From: Bacteroidota bacterium
Lineage (GTDB): Bacteria; Bacteroidota; Bacteroidia; Bacteroidales; UBA7960
Assembly: GCA_018335675.1 (NCBI GenBank)
Contig: JAGXRQ010000017.1
Span: 8,051 to 72,050, forward strand
Direction: 5' to 3'
DNA: 64,000 nucleotides
The position numbers and the translations under genes were made by a program. Each line of letters starts with the position of its first letter. Within the stretch, counting starts at the first letter, position 1. Positions 1-10,778 of this stretch are shown here, piece by piece. The notes below the pieces were generated by a model that did not search any database, was not told the origin of the DNA, and saw nothing but the letters and a program-made list of their open reading frames with translations.

Positions 1-9
1 GACTTTCAT
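1..9 (-). CDS. rpmJ: First three codons (Met-Lys-Val) of a gene running off the left edge; most likely 50S ribosomal protein L36
   Basis: ATG at 9..7 (minus) followed by AAA GTC. MKV is the usual L36 N-terminus and rpmJ normally follows infA. Only 9 nt are visible. Confidence 0.3.
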
Positions 10-41
10 TTTTCCAGTTTTTGAAATTCGGAATACTTTCT

Positions 42-260
42 TTATTTGTATCTAAAGGTGATACGTCCTTTAGTTAAGTCATATGGCGACATTTCAATCT
101 TCACTTTATCTCCCGGAAGAATCTTTATATAATGCATTCGCATCTTACCTGAAATATGAGCTGTAATAACATGTCCATTTTCAAGTTCTACGCGAAACAA
201 TGCATTACCAAGAGATTCTATCACAGTACCATCTTGTTGTATTGAAGATTGTTTTGCCAT
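42..260 (-). CDS. infA: Translation initiation factor IF-1
   Basis: 72-aa S1-like OB-fold protein ([30 protein letters not shown] end). Lies downstream of map in the spc operon tail. Confidence 0.95.
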   Translation of the reverse strand: MAKQSSIQQDGTVIESLGNALFRVELENGHVITAHISGKMRMHYIKILPGDKVKIEMSPYDLTKGRITFRYK

Positions 261-263
261 AAA

Positions 264-1067
264 CTAATTATTGTTGATAATTGTATTATTATTATTAGAT
301 TGTAATGCCTCTTCGATGTATTTAAACGTTGATAAAACATCTACTTTGTCTTTTCCGACAGCAATAGTGTGTTCAAAATGTGCAGAAGGTTTTCGGTCAG
401 CAGTTCTGATAGTCCATCCATCTCTGTCTTGAACTATGTTTTTAACGCCTAAATTAATCATAGGCTCAACTGCAATCACAAGGCCTTCTTTTAATTTCAA
501 GCCTTTTCCCTGTTTTCCGTAGTTAGGAACCTCTGGAGCTTCGTGAAGATTTCTACCAACACCATGACCCACAAGTTCGCGAACAACTGAAAACCCCTCT
601 TTTTCAGCATTATACTGAATTGCATATGAAATATCACCCAGAAAGTTACCATCTATAGCCTTTTCAATTCCAATCATAAGGCAATTATGTGTAACCTTTA
701 GCAGCCGCTTGAGTTGTTCGGAAATTTCTCCAACAGCAAATGTAAACGCGGAATCACCATAAAAACCATTTAGTAAAACTCCGCAATCTACTGAAACTAT
801 ATCCCCATCTCTTAATTCCTTATTTGATGGGATACCGTGAACAACAACATCATTGGGGCTAACACATAAGGTGGCAGGAAATCCCCTGTAACCTTTAAAC
901 CCAGGCAATGCTTTGTTATCACGAATAAATGTTTCAGCGATATCATCAAGCTGTTTTGTAGAAATCCCCGGACGAATATTTCGGGCAACTTCAGCCAACG
1001 TTTTAGCAACAAGCAAAGAACTATTACGAATTAATTCTATTTCTTCTTTATTCTTATATTCAATCAT
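264..1067 (-). CDS. map: Type I methionine aminopeptidase
   Basis: Pita-bread fold motifs are present (DIVSVDCGV, VGHGVGR, VIAVEPM). Lies between secY and infA. Ends in an Asn-rich tail (SNNNNTIINNN). Confidence 0.93.
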   Translation of the reverse strand: MIEYKNKEEIELIRNSSLLVAKTLAEVARNIRPGISTKQLDDIAETFIRDNKALPGFKGYRGFPATLCVSPNDVVVHGIPSNKELRDGDIVSVDCGVLLNGFYGDSAFTFAVGEISEQLKRLLKVTHNCLMIGIEKAIDGNFLGDISYAIQYNAEKEGFSVVRELVGHGVGRNLHEAPEVPNYGKQGKGLKLKEGLVIAVEPMINLGVKNIVQDRDGWTIRTADRKPSAHFEHTIAVGKDKVDVLSTFKYIEEALQSNNNNTIINNN

Positions 1068-1078
1068 AACGTCAGGTA

Positions 1079-2446
1079 TTAACCTGCCATACCCATAGCA
1101 GATGAAGCCCTGCCCTTTATTCTTCCGGATTTAGTTAATCCATCATAATGTCTCATTAATAAGTGGCTTTCTATCTGTTGCAATGTATCTAGCACAACAC
1201 CCACCATAATCAACAAAGATGTACCTCCAAAGAATTGAGCAAACTGACCTGTAACACCAAAAATACTAACTAATGCAGGCATAATAGCCACAAATGCTAG
1301 GAAGAAAGATCCAGGCAAAGTAATTTTAGACATAACATTGTCAATAAACTCGGCAGTCTTTTTGCCTGGTTTTACGCCAGGAATAAAGCCTCCGTTCTTC
1401 TTCATATCTTCAGCCATCTGGCTTGGATTTACAGTAATAGCAGTATAGAAATATGTAAACAGTATGATTAAAACTGCAAATGTGAAATTATACCAAAAAC
1501 CGGTAAAATTTGAAAAACTCGCAGCTATTCCGCTTAAAGCATCTGAATCAGCGAACCCAACCAAAGTAATAGGAATAAACATAATTGCTTGAGCAAAGAT
1601 GATAGGCATAACACCCGCTGCATTAACTTTCAAAGGGATATACTGTCTGACACCACCATATTGTTTGTTACCAACAATTCTTTTTGCAAACTGCACAGGA
1701 ATTCTTCTTGTACCCTGAACAAGCAGTATACATAAAATAATTACCCCTAATAAGACAACAATTTCAAGGAGGAATATAACAAGTCCGCCTCCTTGACCGG
1801 TTAGTCTTGCAGCAAATTCTCCAAACAAAGCAAAAGGAAGTTTGGCAATAATACCTACCATAATAATCAGAGAAATTCCATTACCAATACCTTTCTCTGT
1901 AATTCTTTCACCTAGCCACATAACAAACATAGTTCCCGCAATCAGAATAATAACTGAAGAGACAACAAAATAAGTTGATGGACCTGCTGATAAAGGATCA
2001 AAAGGCGAAATAGCTTCTGGAGGTAAATTACTCACAAGGTTAGCAATATATGCCGGAGCTTGCGCTGCAGTAATTATAACAGTAAGATATCTTGTAATCT
2101 GGTTTAATTTCTTTCTTCCACTTTCACCCTCTTTCTGTAGTCGCTGAAAATATGGAACTGCGATACCCATTAGCTGAATAACAATAGATGCACTAATGTA
2201 TGGCATAATTCCTAATGCAAAAATAGAAGCATTTGAGAAAGCACCACCAGAAAACATATTAAGCAGTCCAAGTAAACCATCTTGAGTTTGAGCTTGCAAT
2301 TGAGCCAGCTGACCAGGATCAACACCCGGTAAAACAACATAAGATCCCAAACGATAAATTAGAATAATACCAAGTGTATTAATTATTCTAATTCGTAGGT
2401 CTTCTATTTTGAAGATGTTCTTGATGGTTTGTATAAAACGTTTCAT
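1079..2446 (-). CDS. secY: Preprotein translocase subunit SecY
   Basis: 455-aa polytopic membrane protein with the canonical SecY N-terminus (LRIRIINTLGIILIYRLGSYVVLPGVD). Follows rplO. Confidence 0.97.
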   Translation of the reverse strand: MKRFIQTIKNIFKIEDLRIRIINTLGIILIYRLGSYVVLPGVDPGQLAQLQAQTQDGLLGLLNMFSGGAFSNASIFALGIMPYISASIVIQLMGIAVPYFQRLQKEGESGRKKLNQITRYLTVIITAAQAPAYIANLVSNLPPEAISPFDPLSAGPSTYFVVSSVIILIAGTMFVMWLGERITEKGIGNGISLIIMVGIIAKLPFALFGEFAARLTGQGGGLVIFLLEIVVLLGVIILCILLVQGTRRIPVQFAKRIVGNKQYGGVRQYIPLKVNAAGVMPIIFAQAIMFIPITLVGFADSDALSGIAASFSNFTGFWYNFTFAVLIILFTYFYTAITVNPSQMAEDMKKNGGFIPGVKPGKKTAEFIDNVMSKITLPGSFFLAFVAIMPALVSIFGVTGQFAQFFGGTSLLIMVGVVLDTLQQIESHLLMRHYDGLTKSGRIKGRASSAMGMAG

Positions 2447-2503
2447 CTAAAATAATTTTATAATAGTATAACCAATTATTTGTGTATTCTTTATTAACCT
2501 AAA

Positions 2504-2950
2504 CTAAATCAAATTAGCTTTTCCACCACTTGCTTCAATAGCTTGCAATGCTGCTTTAGAAAAAGCATGAGCAGTCACTTCCAATTTAGCTGATAATTTT
2601 CCTCTGCCTAGAATTTTAACTCTATCATTTTTCGACACAAGTCCATTTTCTAAAAGAACAGCAGGATTAATAATTGCTAACCCTTTCTCTTCATTTAGTT
2701 TTTGTAGTATATCTAGATTAACTCCGCTATATTCTATTCTATTTGGATTTTTAAAACCAAACTTAGGAACTCTACGGGTTAGCGACATCTGACCACCTTC
2801 AAATCCGGCTTTGCTTTTATAACCACTACGTGATTTTGCACCTTTATGGCCTCTTGTTGAAGTACCACCGTGTCCAGAACCTTCGCCACGTCCAATTCTT
2901 TTACGATTCTTTACTGACCCTTTTGCCGGTTTAAGATTACTTAAATCCAT
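2504..2950 (-). CDS. rplO: 50S ribosomal protein L15
   Basis: Gly/Arg-rich N-terminus (GRGEGSGHGGTSTRGHKGAKSRSG) and operon position. Confidence 0.95.
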   Translation of the reverse strand: MDLSNLKPAKGSVKNRKRIGRGEGSGHGGTSTRGHKGAKSRSGYKSKAGFEGGQMSLTRRVPKFGFKNPNRIEYSGVNLDILQKLNEEKGLAIINPAVLLENGLVSKNDRVKILGRGKLSAKLEVTAHAFSKAALQAIEASGGKANLI

Positions 2951-2992
2951 TGTTATATTAATTTATAGTTTACCAATACTTTAATTAAATAG

Positions 2993-3370
2993 CTATTCAG
3001 TAGCTTCTTTCTTAGGTTTTGCAACCTTTTTTGCAGGAGCTTTTTCTGATTTTGCTTTAGTTGTTTTTGCAGCAGGTTTTTTAGCTTTTGGTTCTGCTTT
3101 AATTTTTGCATCTTTAACTACAGTTTCTTTAACTACTGCGGCTTTAGGTGCTTCTTTTTTTACAACCTGTTTTTTAGGAACATCTTGAGTAGCTTCTTCG
3201 ACTCTGACAAGGTGTTTAACCTTTTGAATCATCCCTAAAATAGCAGGGTTAGTTTCAAGAATATTACTACTGTTCATTTTCCTCAAACCAAGAGCTTCCA
3301 ATGTTCTCTTTTGATTTTTGGGTTGTTTTATATGGCTCTTTATTTTTGTTACCTTAACTTTTGTCATCAC
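2993..3370 (-). CDS. rpmD: 50S ribosomal protein L30 with a ~66-aa Lys/Ala/Pro-rich C-terminal extension
   Basis: The first ~59 aa are a normal L30 (KVTKIKSHIKQPKNQKRTLEALGLRKMN...VRVEE). The same ORF continues into KKEAPKAAVVKETVVKDAKIKAEPKAKKPAAKTTKAKSEKAPAKKVAKPKKEATE. Lies between rpsE and rplO. Confidence 0.85.
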   Translation of the reverse strand: MMTKVKVTKIKSHIKQPKNQKRTLEALGLRKMNSSNILETNPAILGMIQKVKHLVRVEEATQDVPKKQVVKKEAPKAAVVKETVVKDAKIKAEPKAKKPAAKTTKAKSEKAPAKKVAKPKKEATE

Positions 3371-3474
3371 AAAAAATATTATTGGATTTCTAATTTATTA
3401 AAGGGTATTTAGCCCTAATTATGAATCATAAGTATAATATATACAGATATACAGAATACCAGATTCAGCTATTA

Positions 3475-3993
3475 CTATCCGTTAAAAACTTTATCAACAG
3501 AAACACCTCTTTGTTGTGCAACTGTAATAGGGTCTCTTAATTTAACAAGAGCGTCTACAGTAGCTTTAACTACACTATGAGGGTTTGAAGATCCTTTGGA
3601 TTTAGCTAAAACATCTGTAATTCCAACACTTTCAAGAACTGCACGCATTGCTCCACCAGCAATAACGCCTGTACCATGAGCAGCAGGTTTGATTAAAACA
3701 AGAGCACCACTATACTTACCGATCTGTTCATGAGGAATTGTTCCTTTATGAATAGGGACTTTGATAAGATGCTTCTTAGCGTCATCAATACCTTTACTAA
3801 TAGCGGTAGTAACTTCTTTGGCTTTTCCAAGTCCGTAACCAACAACACCATTTTCATTTCCAACAACTACAATAGCAGAGAAACTGAATGTTCTACCACC
3901 TTTTGTAACTTTGGTTACTCTTTGAATGCTTACCAAACGATCTTTGAATTCAATTTCGCTTGATTTAACTTTCTTAATATTCACGTTTGCCAT
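3475..3993 (-). CDS. rpsE: 30S ribosomal protein S5
   Basis: 172 aa with S5 dsRBD and C-terminal domains ([35 protein letters not shown]). Operon order supports it. Confidence 0.95.
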   Translation of the reverse strand: MANVNIKKVKSSEIEFKDRLVSIQRVTKVTKGGRTFSFSAIVVVGNENGVVGYGLGKAKEVTTAISKGIDDAKKHLIKVPIHKGTIPHEQIGKYSGALVLIKPAAHGTGVIAGGAMRAVLESVGITDVLAKSKGSSNPHSVVKATVDALVKLRDPITVAQQRGVSVDKVFNG

Positions 3994-3997
3994 AATC

Positions 3998-4354
3998 CTA
4001 GAATTTTAAACCTCCTTCTCTGGCACCTTCAGCCAAAGATTTTATTCTACCATGATATAAATAACCATTGCGATCAAAGATCACTTGTTCAACACCTTTT
4101 TGCTTAGCTTTCTCCGCAATTAATTTTCCTACTTGCTTAGCTATTTCAGATTTTACAGCTGGTGTTTCACTCACTTCTTTAGACACTGATGATGCAGAAG
4201 CTATAGTTACGCCTTCATTATCATCAATAATTTGGGCATAAATTTGTTTATTGCTTCTAAAAACAGTCAATCTTGGTCTTTCTTGAGTGCCAAATATTTT
4301 TTTCCTAATACGGAACTTTATTTTTGTTCTTCTATCAAGCTTTTTTGTTGCCAT
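3998..4354 (-). CDS. rplR: 50S ribosomal protein L18
   Basis: 118 aa ([39 protein letters not shown]). Operon order supports it. Confidence 0.95.
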   Translation of the reverse strand: MATKKLDRRTKIKFRIRKKIFGTQERPRLTVFRSNKQIYAQIIDDNEGVTIASASSVSKEVSETPAVKSEIAKQVGKLIAEKAKQKGVEQVIFDRNGYLYHGRIKSLAEGAREGGLKF

Positions 4355-4386
4355 TTCCTTGTACTTATAAGGATTAATTAAATAAA

Positions 4387-4944
4387 CTACTTAGCTGAAG
4401 CTGATTTACCAGCTTTTCTGCGAATAACTTCATTCTGGAATCTAACACCTTTACCTTTATATGGTTCAGGTTTACGCATACCGCGTATTTTAGCAGCTAC
4501 TTGTCCAATAAGCTGTTTGTCGTAAGATTCAAGTATGATTAACGGGTTCTTACCTCTTTCTGTAATTGTTTCAACTTTAACTTCCTGAGGAAGTTCGAAG
4601 AAAACATTATGAGAGAACCCAAGTGATAGTTCTAACAATTGTCCAACGTTAGAAGCTTTATAACCAACACCTACTAATTCCTGAACAATTTTATATCCCT
4701 CAGAAACACCAACAATCATATTACTTATCAAAGCTCTGTAAAGGCCATGAAGCGCTTTATGATGTTTTTGATCACTAGGGCGTTGAACAAAAAGAGTATT
4801 TTCTTCTTGTTTTATAGTAATTTCCGGATTAATTCTTTGGCTTAATTCTCCTTTAGGTCCTTTTACAATAATAGTATTCTCGTTATTAACTGTAATAGAA
4901 ACTCCTGAAGGAATAGTAATCGGTAATTTTCCTATTCTTGACAT
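4387..4944 (-). CDS. rplF: 50S ribosomal protein L6
   Basis: N-terminus [19 protein letters not shown] and C-terminal PYKGKGVRF motif. Operon order supports it. Confidence 0.95.
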   Translation of the reverse strand: MSRIGKLPITIPSGVSITVNNENTIIVKGPKGELSQRINPEITIKQEENTLFVQRPSDQKHHKALHGLYRALISNMIVGVSEGYKIVQELVGVGYKASNVGQLLELSLGFSHNVFFELPQEVKVETITERGKNPLIILESYDKQLIGQVAAKIRGMRKPEPYKGKGVRFQNEVIRRKAGKSASAK

Positions 4945-4957
4945 TTTACCCTCCTTT

Positions 4958-5356
4958 TTAACTTACGAAACAAATAACTTCCCCACCAACACCAAGTGTA
5001 CGTGCTTCCTTATCTGTAAGTAATCCTTTAGATGTACTAATAATAGCTATACCAAGACCATTAAGAACTCTTGGAATTGCAGCACTGTCACAATACTTCC
5101 TAAGACCAGGTTTGCTAACACGTTTCAGCTCACTAATTGCAGGCAGTTTTGTAGTAGGATGATATTTCAAGGCAATTTTTATTATGCCAGGAATTTTATC
5201 ATCTTCGAATTTATAATTCAGAATGTATCCTTTGTCAAAAAGGATTTTAGTCATCTCTTTTTTGAGATTCGATGCAGGAATTTCAACAATCCTATGATTG
5301 GCCTTCACGGCATTCCTTATTCTATTAAGGTAATCTGCAATTGGATCCGTTATCAT
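4958..5356 (-). CDS. rpsH: 30S ribosomal protein S8
   Basis: N-terminus [16 protein letters not shown] and C-terminal [10 protein letters not shown] motif. Operon order supports it. Confidence 0.95.
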   Translation of the reverse strand: MITDPIADYLNRIRNAVKANHRIVEIPASNLKKEMTKILFDKGYILNYKFEDDKIPGIIKIALKYHPTTKLPAISELKRVSKPGLRKYCDSAAIPRVLNGLGIAIISTSKGLLTDKEARTLGVGGEVICFVS

Positions 5357-5389
5357 TTTTTTTAATATAAATTATTCAACAAATTATTA

Positions 5390-5659
5390 TTACCAGCTAG
5401 CTTTTGTAACTCCGGGGATAAGACCTTGATTGGCCATTTCTCTAAAGTTGATACGAGAAATACCAAATTGTCTCATGTATCCTTTTGGTCTTCCTGTGAG
5501 TTTGCAGCGATTGTGCAATCTAACCGGAGAAGAGTTCTTTGGTAGCTTTTGCAAAGCTACATAATCACCTTTTGCTTTAAGTTCAGCGCGTTTTGCGGCA
5601 TACTTAGCTACAAGTTTAGCTCTTTTTCTTTCTCTTGCTTTTATTGATTCTTTTGCCAT
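5390..5659 (-). CDS. rpsN: 30S ribosomal protein S14 (long, non-zinc form)
   Basis: 89 aa ([13 protein letters not shown] ... [11 protein letters not shown]). Lies between rplE and rpsH. Confidence 0.93.
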   Translation of the reverse strand: MAKESIKARERKRAKLVAKYAAKRAELKAKGDYVALQKLPKNSSPVRLHNRCKLTGRPKGYMRQFGISRINFREMANQGLIPGVTKASW

Positions 5660-5668
5660 TTATCTTTG

Positions 5669-6226
5669 TTATTTAATGACGTTTTTAAATGGGATTCCGA
5701 ATGCTTTAAGAAGTCCGAATGCTTCTTTATCGGTATTGGCAGTAGTCACAAAAGTGATATCCATGCCCATAATTTTATTAATCTTATCAATATTAATTTC
5801 AGGGAAAATGATTTGTTCAGAAACTCCTAACGAGAAATTTCCTTTACCATCAAATCCTTTTTCATTAATACCTTTAAAGTCGCGAATCCTAGGCAGAGAT
5901 ATAGCTATAAGCCTGTCAAGGAATTCATACATTTTGTCACCACGAAGAGTTACTCTAACTCCAATTGGCATACCTTTACGAAGTTTAAAATTAGAAATAT
6001 CCTTTTTAGATTTTGTCTGAACGGCTCTTTGGCCTGAAACAAGAGACATTTCTTCGACAGCTGTATCGATAATTTTCTTATCAGCAATTGCCGAGCCTAC
6101 GCCTTGATTAAGACAAATCTTGGTTAATTTAGGAACTTCCATACTACTCTTGTAGTTGAATTCCTTAGTTAATGAAGGAATTATTTCCTTTTCGTATTTA
6201 GTTTTAAGTCTTGGTATATATTTCAT
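5669..6226 (-). CDS. rplE: 50S ribosomal protein L5
   Basis: 185 aa with [20 protein letters not shown] and [10 protein letters not shown] motifs. Operon order supports it. Confidence 0.95.
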   Translation of the reverse strand: MKYIPRLKTKYEKEIIPSLTKEFNYKSSMEVPKLTKICLNQGVGSAIADKKIIDTAVEEMSLVSGQRAVQTKSKKDISNFKLRKGMPIGVRVTLRGDKMYEFLDRLIAISLPRIRDFKGINEKGFDGKGNFSLGVSEQIIFPEINIDKINKIMGMDITFVTTANTDKEAFGLLKAFGIPFKNVIK

Positions 6227-6546
6227 TATTTGATTACCTCCCCTGACTTTTTAGAATAACGAACTAAGTTGTTTTTATCATCCAATTTTTTCCCAGTGCG
6301 AGTAGCATTTCCTTTAGCATCAATAACCATAAGGTTAGAGATATGAATTCCTGCTTCTTGCTTAACAATGCCACCCTGTGGGTTAGCTGCATTTGGCTTA
6401 GTGTGTTTAGACACAAGGTTTAAGCCTTCTACGATCGCTCTGCTTTTAACTCTGTCGATCCTAAGTACCTTACCTTGGCGTCCTTTCTCATTACCGGCTA
6501 TTACTTTTACAGTGTCGCCTTTTTTTATGTGTAACTTAGATTGCAT
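6226..6546 (-). CDS. rplX: 50S ribosomal protein L24
   Basis: KOW motif ([22 protein letters not shown]). Its stop region overlaps the rplE start by 1 nt. Confidence 0.93.
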   Translation of the reverse strand: MQSKLHIKKGDTVKVIAGNEKGRQGKVLRIDRVKSRAIVEGLNLVSKHTKPNAANPQGGIVKQEAGIHISNLMVIDAKGNATRTGKKLDDKNNLVRYSKKSGEVIK

Positions 6547-6566
6547 AATTTCAAATATTTTCCAAA

Positions 6567-6935
6567 TTATAGCACTTCAGGTGCTAAAGAAACGATCTTC
6601 ATATATTGCTTTTCGCGTAATTCTCTGGCAACAGGGCCAAAGATACGAGTACCTCTGATTTCATCAGTGGCAGATAGCAGCACAACTGCGTTATCATCGA
6701 AACAGATATAAGATCCGTCTGGACGACGCAAGTGCTTTTTAGTCCTAACAACAACGGCTTTAGAGACTGTTCCTTTCTTTACGTTACCTCCCGGTATCGC
6801 ATCCTTAACGGTAACAATTATTTTGTCACCAATGCTGGCATATCTTCTTCTGGTGCCACCTAGCACTCTGATGCAGAGTACTTCTTTTGCACCACTATTG
6901 TCAGCAACTGCGAGTCTTGATTCTTGTTGTATCAT
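6567..6935 (-). CDS. rplN: 50S ribosomal protein L14
   Basis: [27 protein letters not shown] is the canonical L14 N-terminus. Confidence 0.96.
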   Translation of the reverse strand: MIQQESRLAVADNSGAKEVLCIRVLGGTRRRYASIGDKIIVTVKDAIPGGNVKKGTVSKAVVVRTKKHLRRPDGSYICFDDNAVVLLSATDEIRGTRIFGPVARELREKQYMKIVSLAPEVL

Positions 6936-6937
6936 AA

Positions 6938-7195
6938 TTATTTAGCTCTTTCAATAATTTCGACTAATCTCCAACACTTATTGCGGCTTAAAGGCCTTGT
7001 TTCCATAATGCGAACTTTATCTCCAGCATTACAGTCGTTGTTTTCATCATGTGCCATAAACTTGGAATATTTTTTAACGAATTTTCCGTATTTAGGATGT
7101 CTCACGCGACGCATAACCTGAACGACAATGGACTTTTGCATTTTATTACTCACAACTAATCCTATTCTTTCTTTTCTGCGAGTTCTGGTTTCCAT
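6938..7195 (-). CDS. rpsQ: 30S ribosomal protein S17
   Basis: 85 aa ([31 protein letters not shown]). Lies between rpmC and rplN. Confidence 0.93.
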   Translation of the reverse strand: METRTRRKERIGLVVSNKMQKSIVVQVMRRVRHPKYGKFVKKYSKFMAHDENNDCNAGDKVRIMETRPLSRNKCWRLVEIIERAK

Positions 7196-7196
7196 A

Positions 7197-7412
7197 TTAA
7201 TTTACTTTCAGTTTTTTAATTTCTTGAATTTCTCTCGTCCGGAGCTCGGTATTAATTCTAGCAACTATCTTACGATATGCTTGAATTTTCACAGGATTCT
7301 CAAGAGGAGAAACAGCATGATTAAGTTTTAACTTTTGCAGTTGTTTCTTTTCCTCTGCCAATCTTTCACGGAGTTCACCGGTTGACATTTCACGAATTAC
7401 CTTTGGTTTCAT
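7197..7412 (-). CDS. rpmC: 50S ribosomal protein L29
   Basis: 71-aa helical protein ([28 protein letters not shown]). Lies upstream of rpsQ. Confidence 0.9.
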   Translation of the reverse strand: MKPKVIREMSTGELRERLAEEKKQLQKLKLNHAVSPLENPVKIQAYRKIVARINTELRTREIQEIKKLKVN

Positions 7413-7602
7413 GTGTTTTTAATTACATTAATTATTCACATGTAATGTTCTAAAATTTAATTTATTTTGATAAAAAAACTAAAGAACATTTCATTTACTT
7501 ATTTTAATTCAACATTCCGCAATCAAGCGGTATTGAGGGTTTTTTGAATTTATTCGCAGGTAACGGCCACGTGATTTTATCAATTTCCCTCCAAAAAGGC
7601 TG

Positions 7603-7610
7603 CAAAGATA
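7603..7610 (-). promoter_or_regulatory. Candidate internal Bacteroidota -7 promoter box (TATCTTTG) in the rplP-rpmC spacer
   Basis: The minus strand reads TATCTTTGCAGCC, an exact match to the TAnnTTTG consensus. It lies inside an unusual 223-nt non-coding gap in the S10 operon. Confidence 0.35.
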
Positions 7611-7635
7611 CAAAAATTATTTAGAATAAAAAATC

Positions 7636-8058
7636 TTATTCTTCAACATAATCCCTTCTAACAACAAATTTTGTTGCAATGGGTAATTTTTGCGCGCCTA
7701 ATCTCATAGCTTCCTTTGCCACTTCGTTAGAGACACCATCTGCTTCGAACAGAATACGACCCGGGCAAACTCTTGCCACGAATAATTCAGGAGCACCTTT
7801 ACCTTTACCCATACGAACTTCAGCGGGTTTTTTAGTAATAGGTTTATCCGGAAATATTCTAATCCACAACTGTCCTTCACGTTTCATGTGACGAGTTATG
7901 GCCTGACGTGCAGCTTCAAGCTGTCTACCTGTAATCCAACAGGTTTCAATAGACTTAATTCCAAAAGAACCGAATGCAAGTTCAGCACCACGTTTGGTAT
8001 TGCCTTTCATTCTGCCTTTTTGCTGCTTTCTGAATTTTGTTTTCTTAGGTTGTAACAT
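7636..8058 (-). CDS. rplP: 50S ribosomal protein L16
   Basis: [19 protein letters not shown] is the canonical N-terminus. Lies after rpsC. Confidence 0.96.
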   Translation of the reverse strand: MLQPKKTKFRKQQKGRMKGNTKRGAELAFGSFGIKSIETCWITGRQLEAARQAITRHMKREGQLWIRIFPDKPITKKPAEVRMGKGKGAPELFVARVCPGRILFEADGVSNEVAKEAMRLGAQKLPIATKFVVRRDYVEE

Positions 8059-8095
8059 TTTATTAAAATATTTCTCTATTAATACAAACTAAACA

Positions 8096-8869
8096 TTATT
8101 GTTTTCTACGGCCTTTAAATCTATCGCCTCTTTCTCCTCTTTCGTTTCTATCGCCTCTTTCACCTCTCTCGCCTCTTTGTCCAGAGCCACCAATACCTCT
8201 GTTTGGTTTTGTTGTTTCAGTGATAAAAGGAGTAAGATCTCTTTTTCCATAAACTTCACCATTGCAGATCCAAACCTTAACACCAAGGCGACCGTATGTA
8301 GTGTGAGCTTCTGCTCTAGCATAGTCGATATCTGCTCTTAAAGTATGCAGAGGAACACGACCTTCTTTATATGTTTCGCTTCTAGCCATTTCAGCACCAC
8401 CAAGACGACCTGATACGGTAATTTTTATACCTTCAGCGCCTAGTCTAATAGTAGATGCAATAGCTGTTTTCACTGCTCTTCTGAAAGAAATTCTACCTTC
8501 AATTTGGCGAGCAACGGTATTAGCAACTAGAGTAGCGTCTAATTCGGGTCTTTTAATTTCGGAGATATTGATTTGAACTTCTTTTTGAGTTACTTTTTTC
8601 AATTCTTCCTTAATTTTATCAACTTCCTGACCACCTTTCCCGATAATTATACCTGGGCGAGCAGTGTTAATTGTAACAGTAATAAGCTTCAAGGTTCTTT
8701 CGATAATAATTTTAGAAACTCCAGCTTTAGCCAAACGGGCGTTCAGATACTTTCTGATTTTATCGTCTTCTACTAATTTGGCTGAGTAATCGTTACCGCC
8801 AAACCAATTGGAATCCCATCCTTTGATAATCCCTAACCTAAGGCCTATTGGATTAGTTTTTTGTCCCAT
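8096..8869 (-). CDS. rpsC: 30S ribosomal protein S3 with an Arg/Gly/Glu-repeat C-terminal tail
   Basis: [14 protein letters not shown] start with KH and S3-C domains. The tail reads [31 protein letters not shown]. Confidence 0.95.
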   Translation of the reverse strand: MGQKTNPIGLRLGIIKGWDSNWFGGNDYSAKLVEDDKIRKYLNARLAKAGVSKIIIERTLKLITVTINTARPGIIIGKGGQEVDKIKEELKKVTQKEVQINISEIKRPELDATLVANTVARQIEGRISFRRAVKTAIASTIRLGAEGIKITVSGRLGGAEMARSETYKEGRVPLHTLRADIDYARAEAHTTYGRLGVKVWICNGEVYGKRDLTPFITETTKPNRGIGGSGQRGERGERGDRNERGERGDRFKGRRKQ

Positions 8870-8881
8870 TTAATATTTTTT

Positions 8882-9286
8882 TTATTGGTTTTCAATTTTA
8901 CTGTCAACATAAATAGTAACATGGTTTGATCTTTTTCTGATCCTATGACCACGTCCTTGCGGAGCTGGGCGTAAACGTTTCAACATCCTTCCACTGTCAA
9001 CATTAATTGACTTCACGAAAAGATTGCTGTCTTCCAAACGAGCACCTTCGTTTTTTGCCTGCCAGTTGTTAATTGCAGAAAGCAATAATTTTTCTAATCT
9101 TTCTGCTGCTTCTTTTTTGGTAAACTTTAGAATACCGAGGGCTCTATTTACTTCTTTACCCCTAATCAGATCAGCGACGAGTCGCATTTTTCTGGGTGAA
9201 GTGGGGCAATTGCACAATCTGGCGAAGTATTGAGTTTTTTTCTCTTCCTTTAATTTTTCAGCCCTTAAATGTTTTCTTAATCCCAT
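8882..9286 (-). CDS. rplV: 50S ribosomal protein L22
   Basis: 134 aa ([42 protein letters not shown]). Operon order supports it. Confidence 0.94.
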   Translation of the reverse strand: MGLRKHLRAEKLKEEKKTQYFARLCNCPTSPRKMRLVADLIRGKEVNRALGILKFTKKEAAERLEKLLLSAINNWQAKNEGARLEDSNLFVKSINVDSGRMLKRLRPAPQGRGHRIRKRSNHVTIYVDSKIENQ

Positions 9287-9300
9287 GATCCAGTTAATTT

Positions 9301-9579
9301 TTATTTTTTAGCTTTATCTTTTTTACCAGCATGGCCACGAAAAATACGTGTTGGAGCAAATTCTCCAAGTTTGTGACCGACCATATTTTCAGTTACATAC
9401 ACAGGAATAAATTTATTTCCATTGTGCACTGCGATAGTTAAACCCACAAAATCAGGAGAAATCATAGAAGCTCTTGACCATGTTTTAATAACCGATTTTT
9501 TTGGGTTACTAGCCATTTGAAACACTCTTTGTTCAAGTTTATAGTGTATATATGGTCCTTTTTTTAATGAACGACTCAT
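9301..9579 (-). CDS. rpsS: 30S ribosomal protein S19
   Basis: [10 protein letters not shown] start and [11 protein letters not shown] motif. Confidence 0.96.
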   Translation of the reverse strand: MSRSLKKGPYIHYKLEQRVFQMASNPKKSVIKTWSRASMISPDFVGLTIAVHNGNKFIPVYVTENMVGHKLGEFAPTRIFRGHAGKKDKAKK

Positions 9580-9604
9580 TTTAATGAATTTTTTCCGTTA
9601 ATAA

Positions 9605-10429
9605 TTATTTCTTCCTTTTTTCAACAATCAGTCTATTAGACTCTTTTGTTTTGCTACGGGTTTTGTATCCTTTAGCAGGAATACCTTTTCTGCTGCGAGG
9701 GTGTCCACCGCTTGCACGGCCTTCTCCACCACCCATTGGGTGATCAACAGGGTTCATAGCAACTCCTCTAGTACGAGGTCTACGTCCAAACCATCTGCTT
9801 CTACCTGCTTTACCAGACACTTCGTGCATATGATCAGGATTAGAGATGCTTCCAATAGTAGCTTTGCAAGTAACCAAAACCATTCTTGATTCTCCAGAAG
9901 GAAGTTGCAAAATTGCATATTTACCATCACGGGAAGTTAGCTGAGCATAAGAACCTGCTGAGCGAGCTATTTTTGCACCTTGGCCTGGTCTAATTTCAAC
10001 ATTATGAATTACACTACCTAGTGGTACATTTTTAAGGAACATTGTATTCCCAATATTAGGAGTAGCCTCATCACCAGACATAACAGTTTGACCAACTTTT
10101 AATCCGTGAGGAGCAATAATATATCTTTTTTCGCCATCTGCATAAACAACAAGCGCTATTCTAGCACTGCGATTAGGATCATACTCAATGGTAGAAACCG
10201 TTGCTGGTATACCATCTTTTTCGCGTTTAAAATCAACTAAACGGAATTTACGTTTATGACCTCCACCGATATAACGGCATGTCATTTTACCTCTATGATT
10301 CCTGCCTCCTGATCTGTTTTTCCCAACCACTAAGCTTTTTTCCGGTGTTGAGGCAGTTATTTCGTCAAAAGCGCTAATAAGTTTAAAGCGTTGACCTGGG
10401 GTGGTTGGTTTAAATTTTCTTAAAGCCAT
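9605..10429 (-). CDS. rplB: 50S ribosomal protein L2
   Basis: 274 aa with GGGHKRKFR and [14 protein letters not shown] motifs. Confidence 0.97.
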   Translation of the reverse strand: MALRKFKPTTPGQRFKLISAFDEITASTPEKSLVVGKNRSGGRNHRGKMTCRYIGGGHKRKFRLVDFKREKDGIPATVSTIEYDPNRSARIALVVYADGEKRYIIAPHGLKVGQTVMSGDEATPNIGNTMFLKNVPLGSVIHNVEIRPGQGAKIARSAGSYAQLTSRDGKYAILQLPSGESRMVLVTCKATIGSISNPDHMHEVSGKAGRSRWFGRRPRTRGVAMNPVDHPMGGGEGRASGGHPRSRKGIPAKGYKTRSKTKESNRLIVEKRKK

Positions 10430-10439
10430 TTATTCAATC

Positions 10440-10733
10440 TTAAATGTTGCTGTAAAAATCAATCGTTTGACCATCAGCTACCTGTACGATAGCCTTTTTG
10501 AAACTATTTTTCCTACCGGAGATATATCCGGTTTTAGTATACCTTACCTTAAGTTTTCCAAGGTAGTTCATTGTATTCACGTCTTCTACTGTAACGCCAT
10601 ACATTTCCTCGACAGCTTTTTTAATCTGTGTCTTGCTCGCTCTTTTATCAACAACAAAGCCAAATCTATTCGGAAATTTTTCCGTAGCAGCTGTCATTTT
10701 TTCTGTTATAAGAGGCTTAATTAAAACGTTCAT
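10440..10733 (-). CDS. rplW: 50S ribosomal protein L23
   Basis: 97 aa (IKPLITEKMT ... KKAIVQV). Lies between rplD and rplB. Confidence 0.93.
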   Translation of the reverse strand: MNVLIKPLITEKMTAATEKFPNRFGFVVDKRASKTQIKKAVEEMYGVTVEDVNTMNYLGKLKVRYTKTGYISGRKNSFKKAIVQVADGQTIDFYSNI

Positions 10734-10778
10734 TTTTATACCTGTTTAAAGCTGTTCTATTTCCAGCTAAATCAATAA

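Noticed and set aside
8089-8322. 77-aa minus-strand ORF overlapping the 3' end of rpsC in another frame
   Set aside because: It is a product of the repetitive RGE-coding DNA read out of frame (EKEAI... repeats). S3 fully explains the region.
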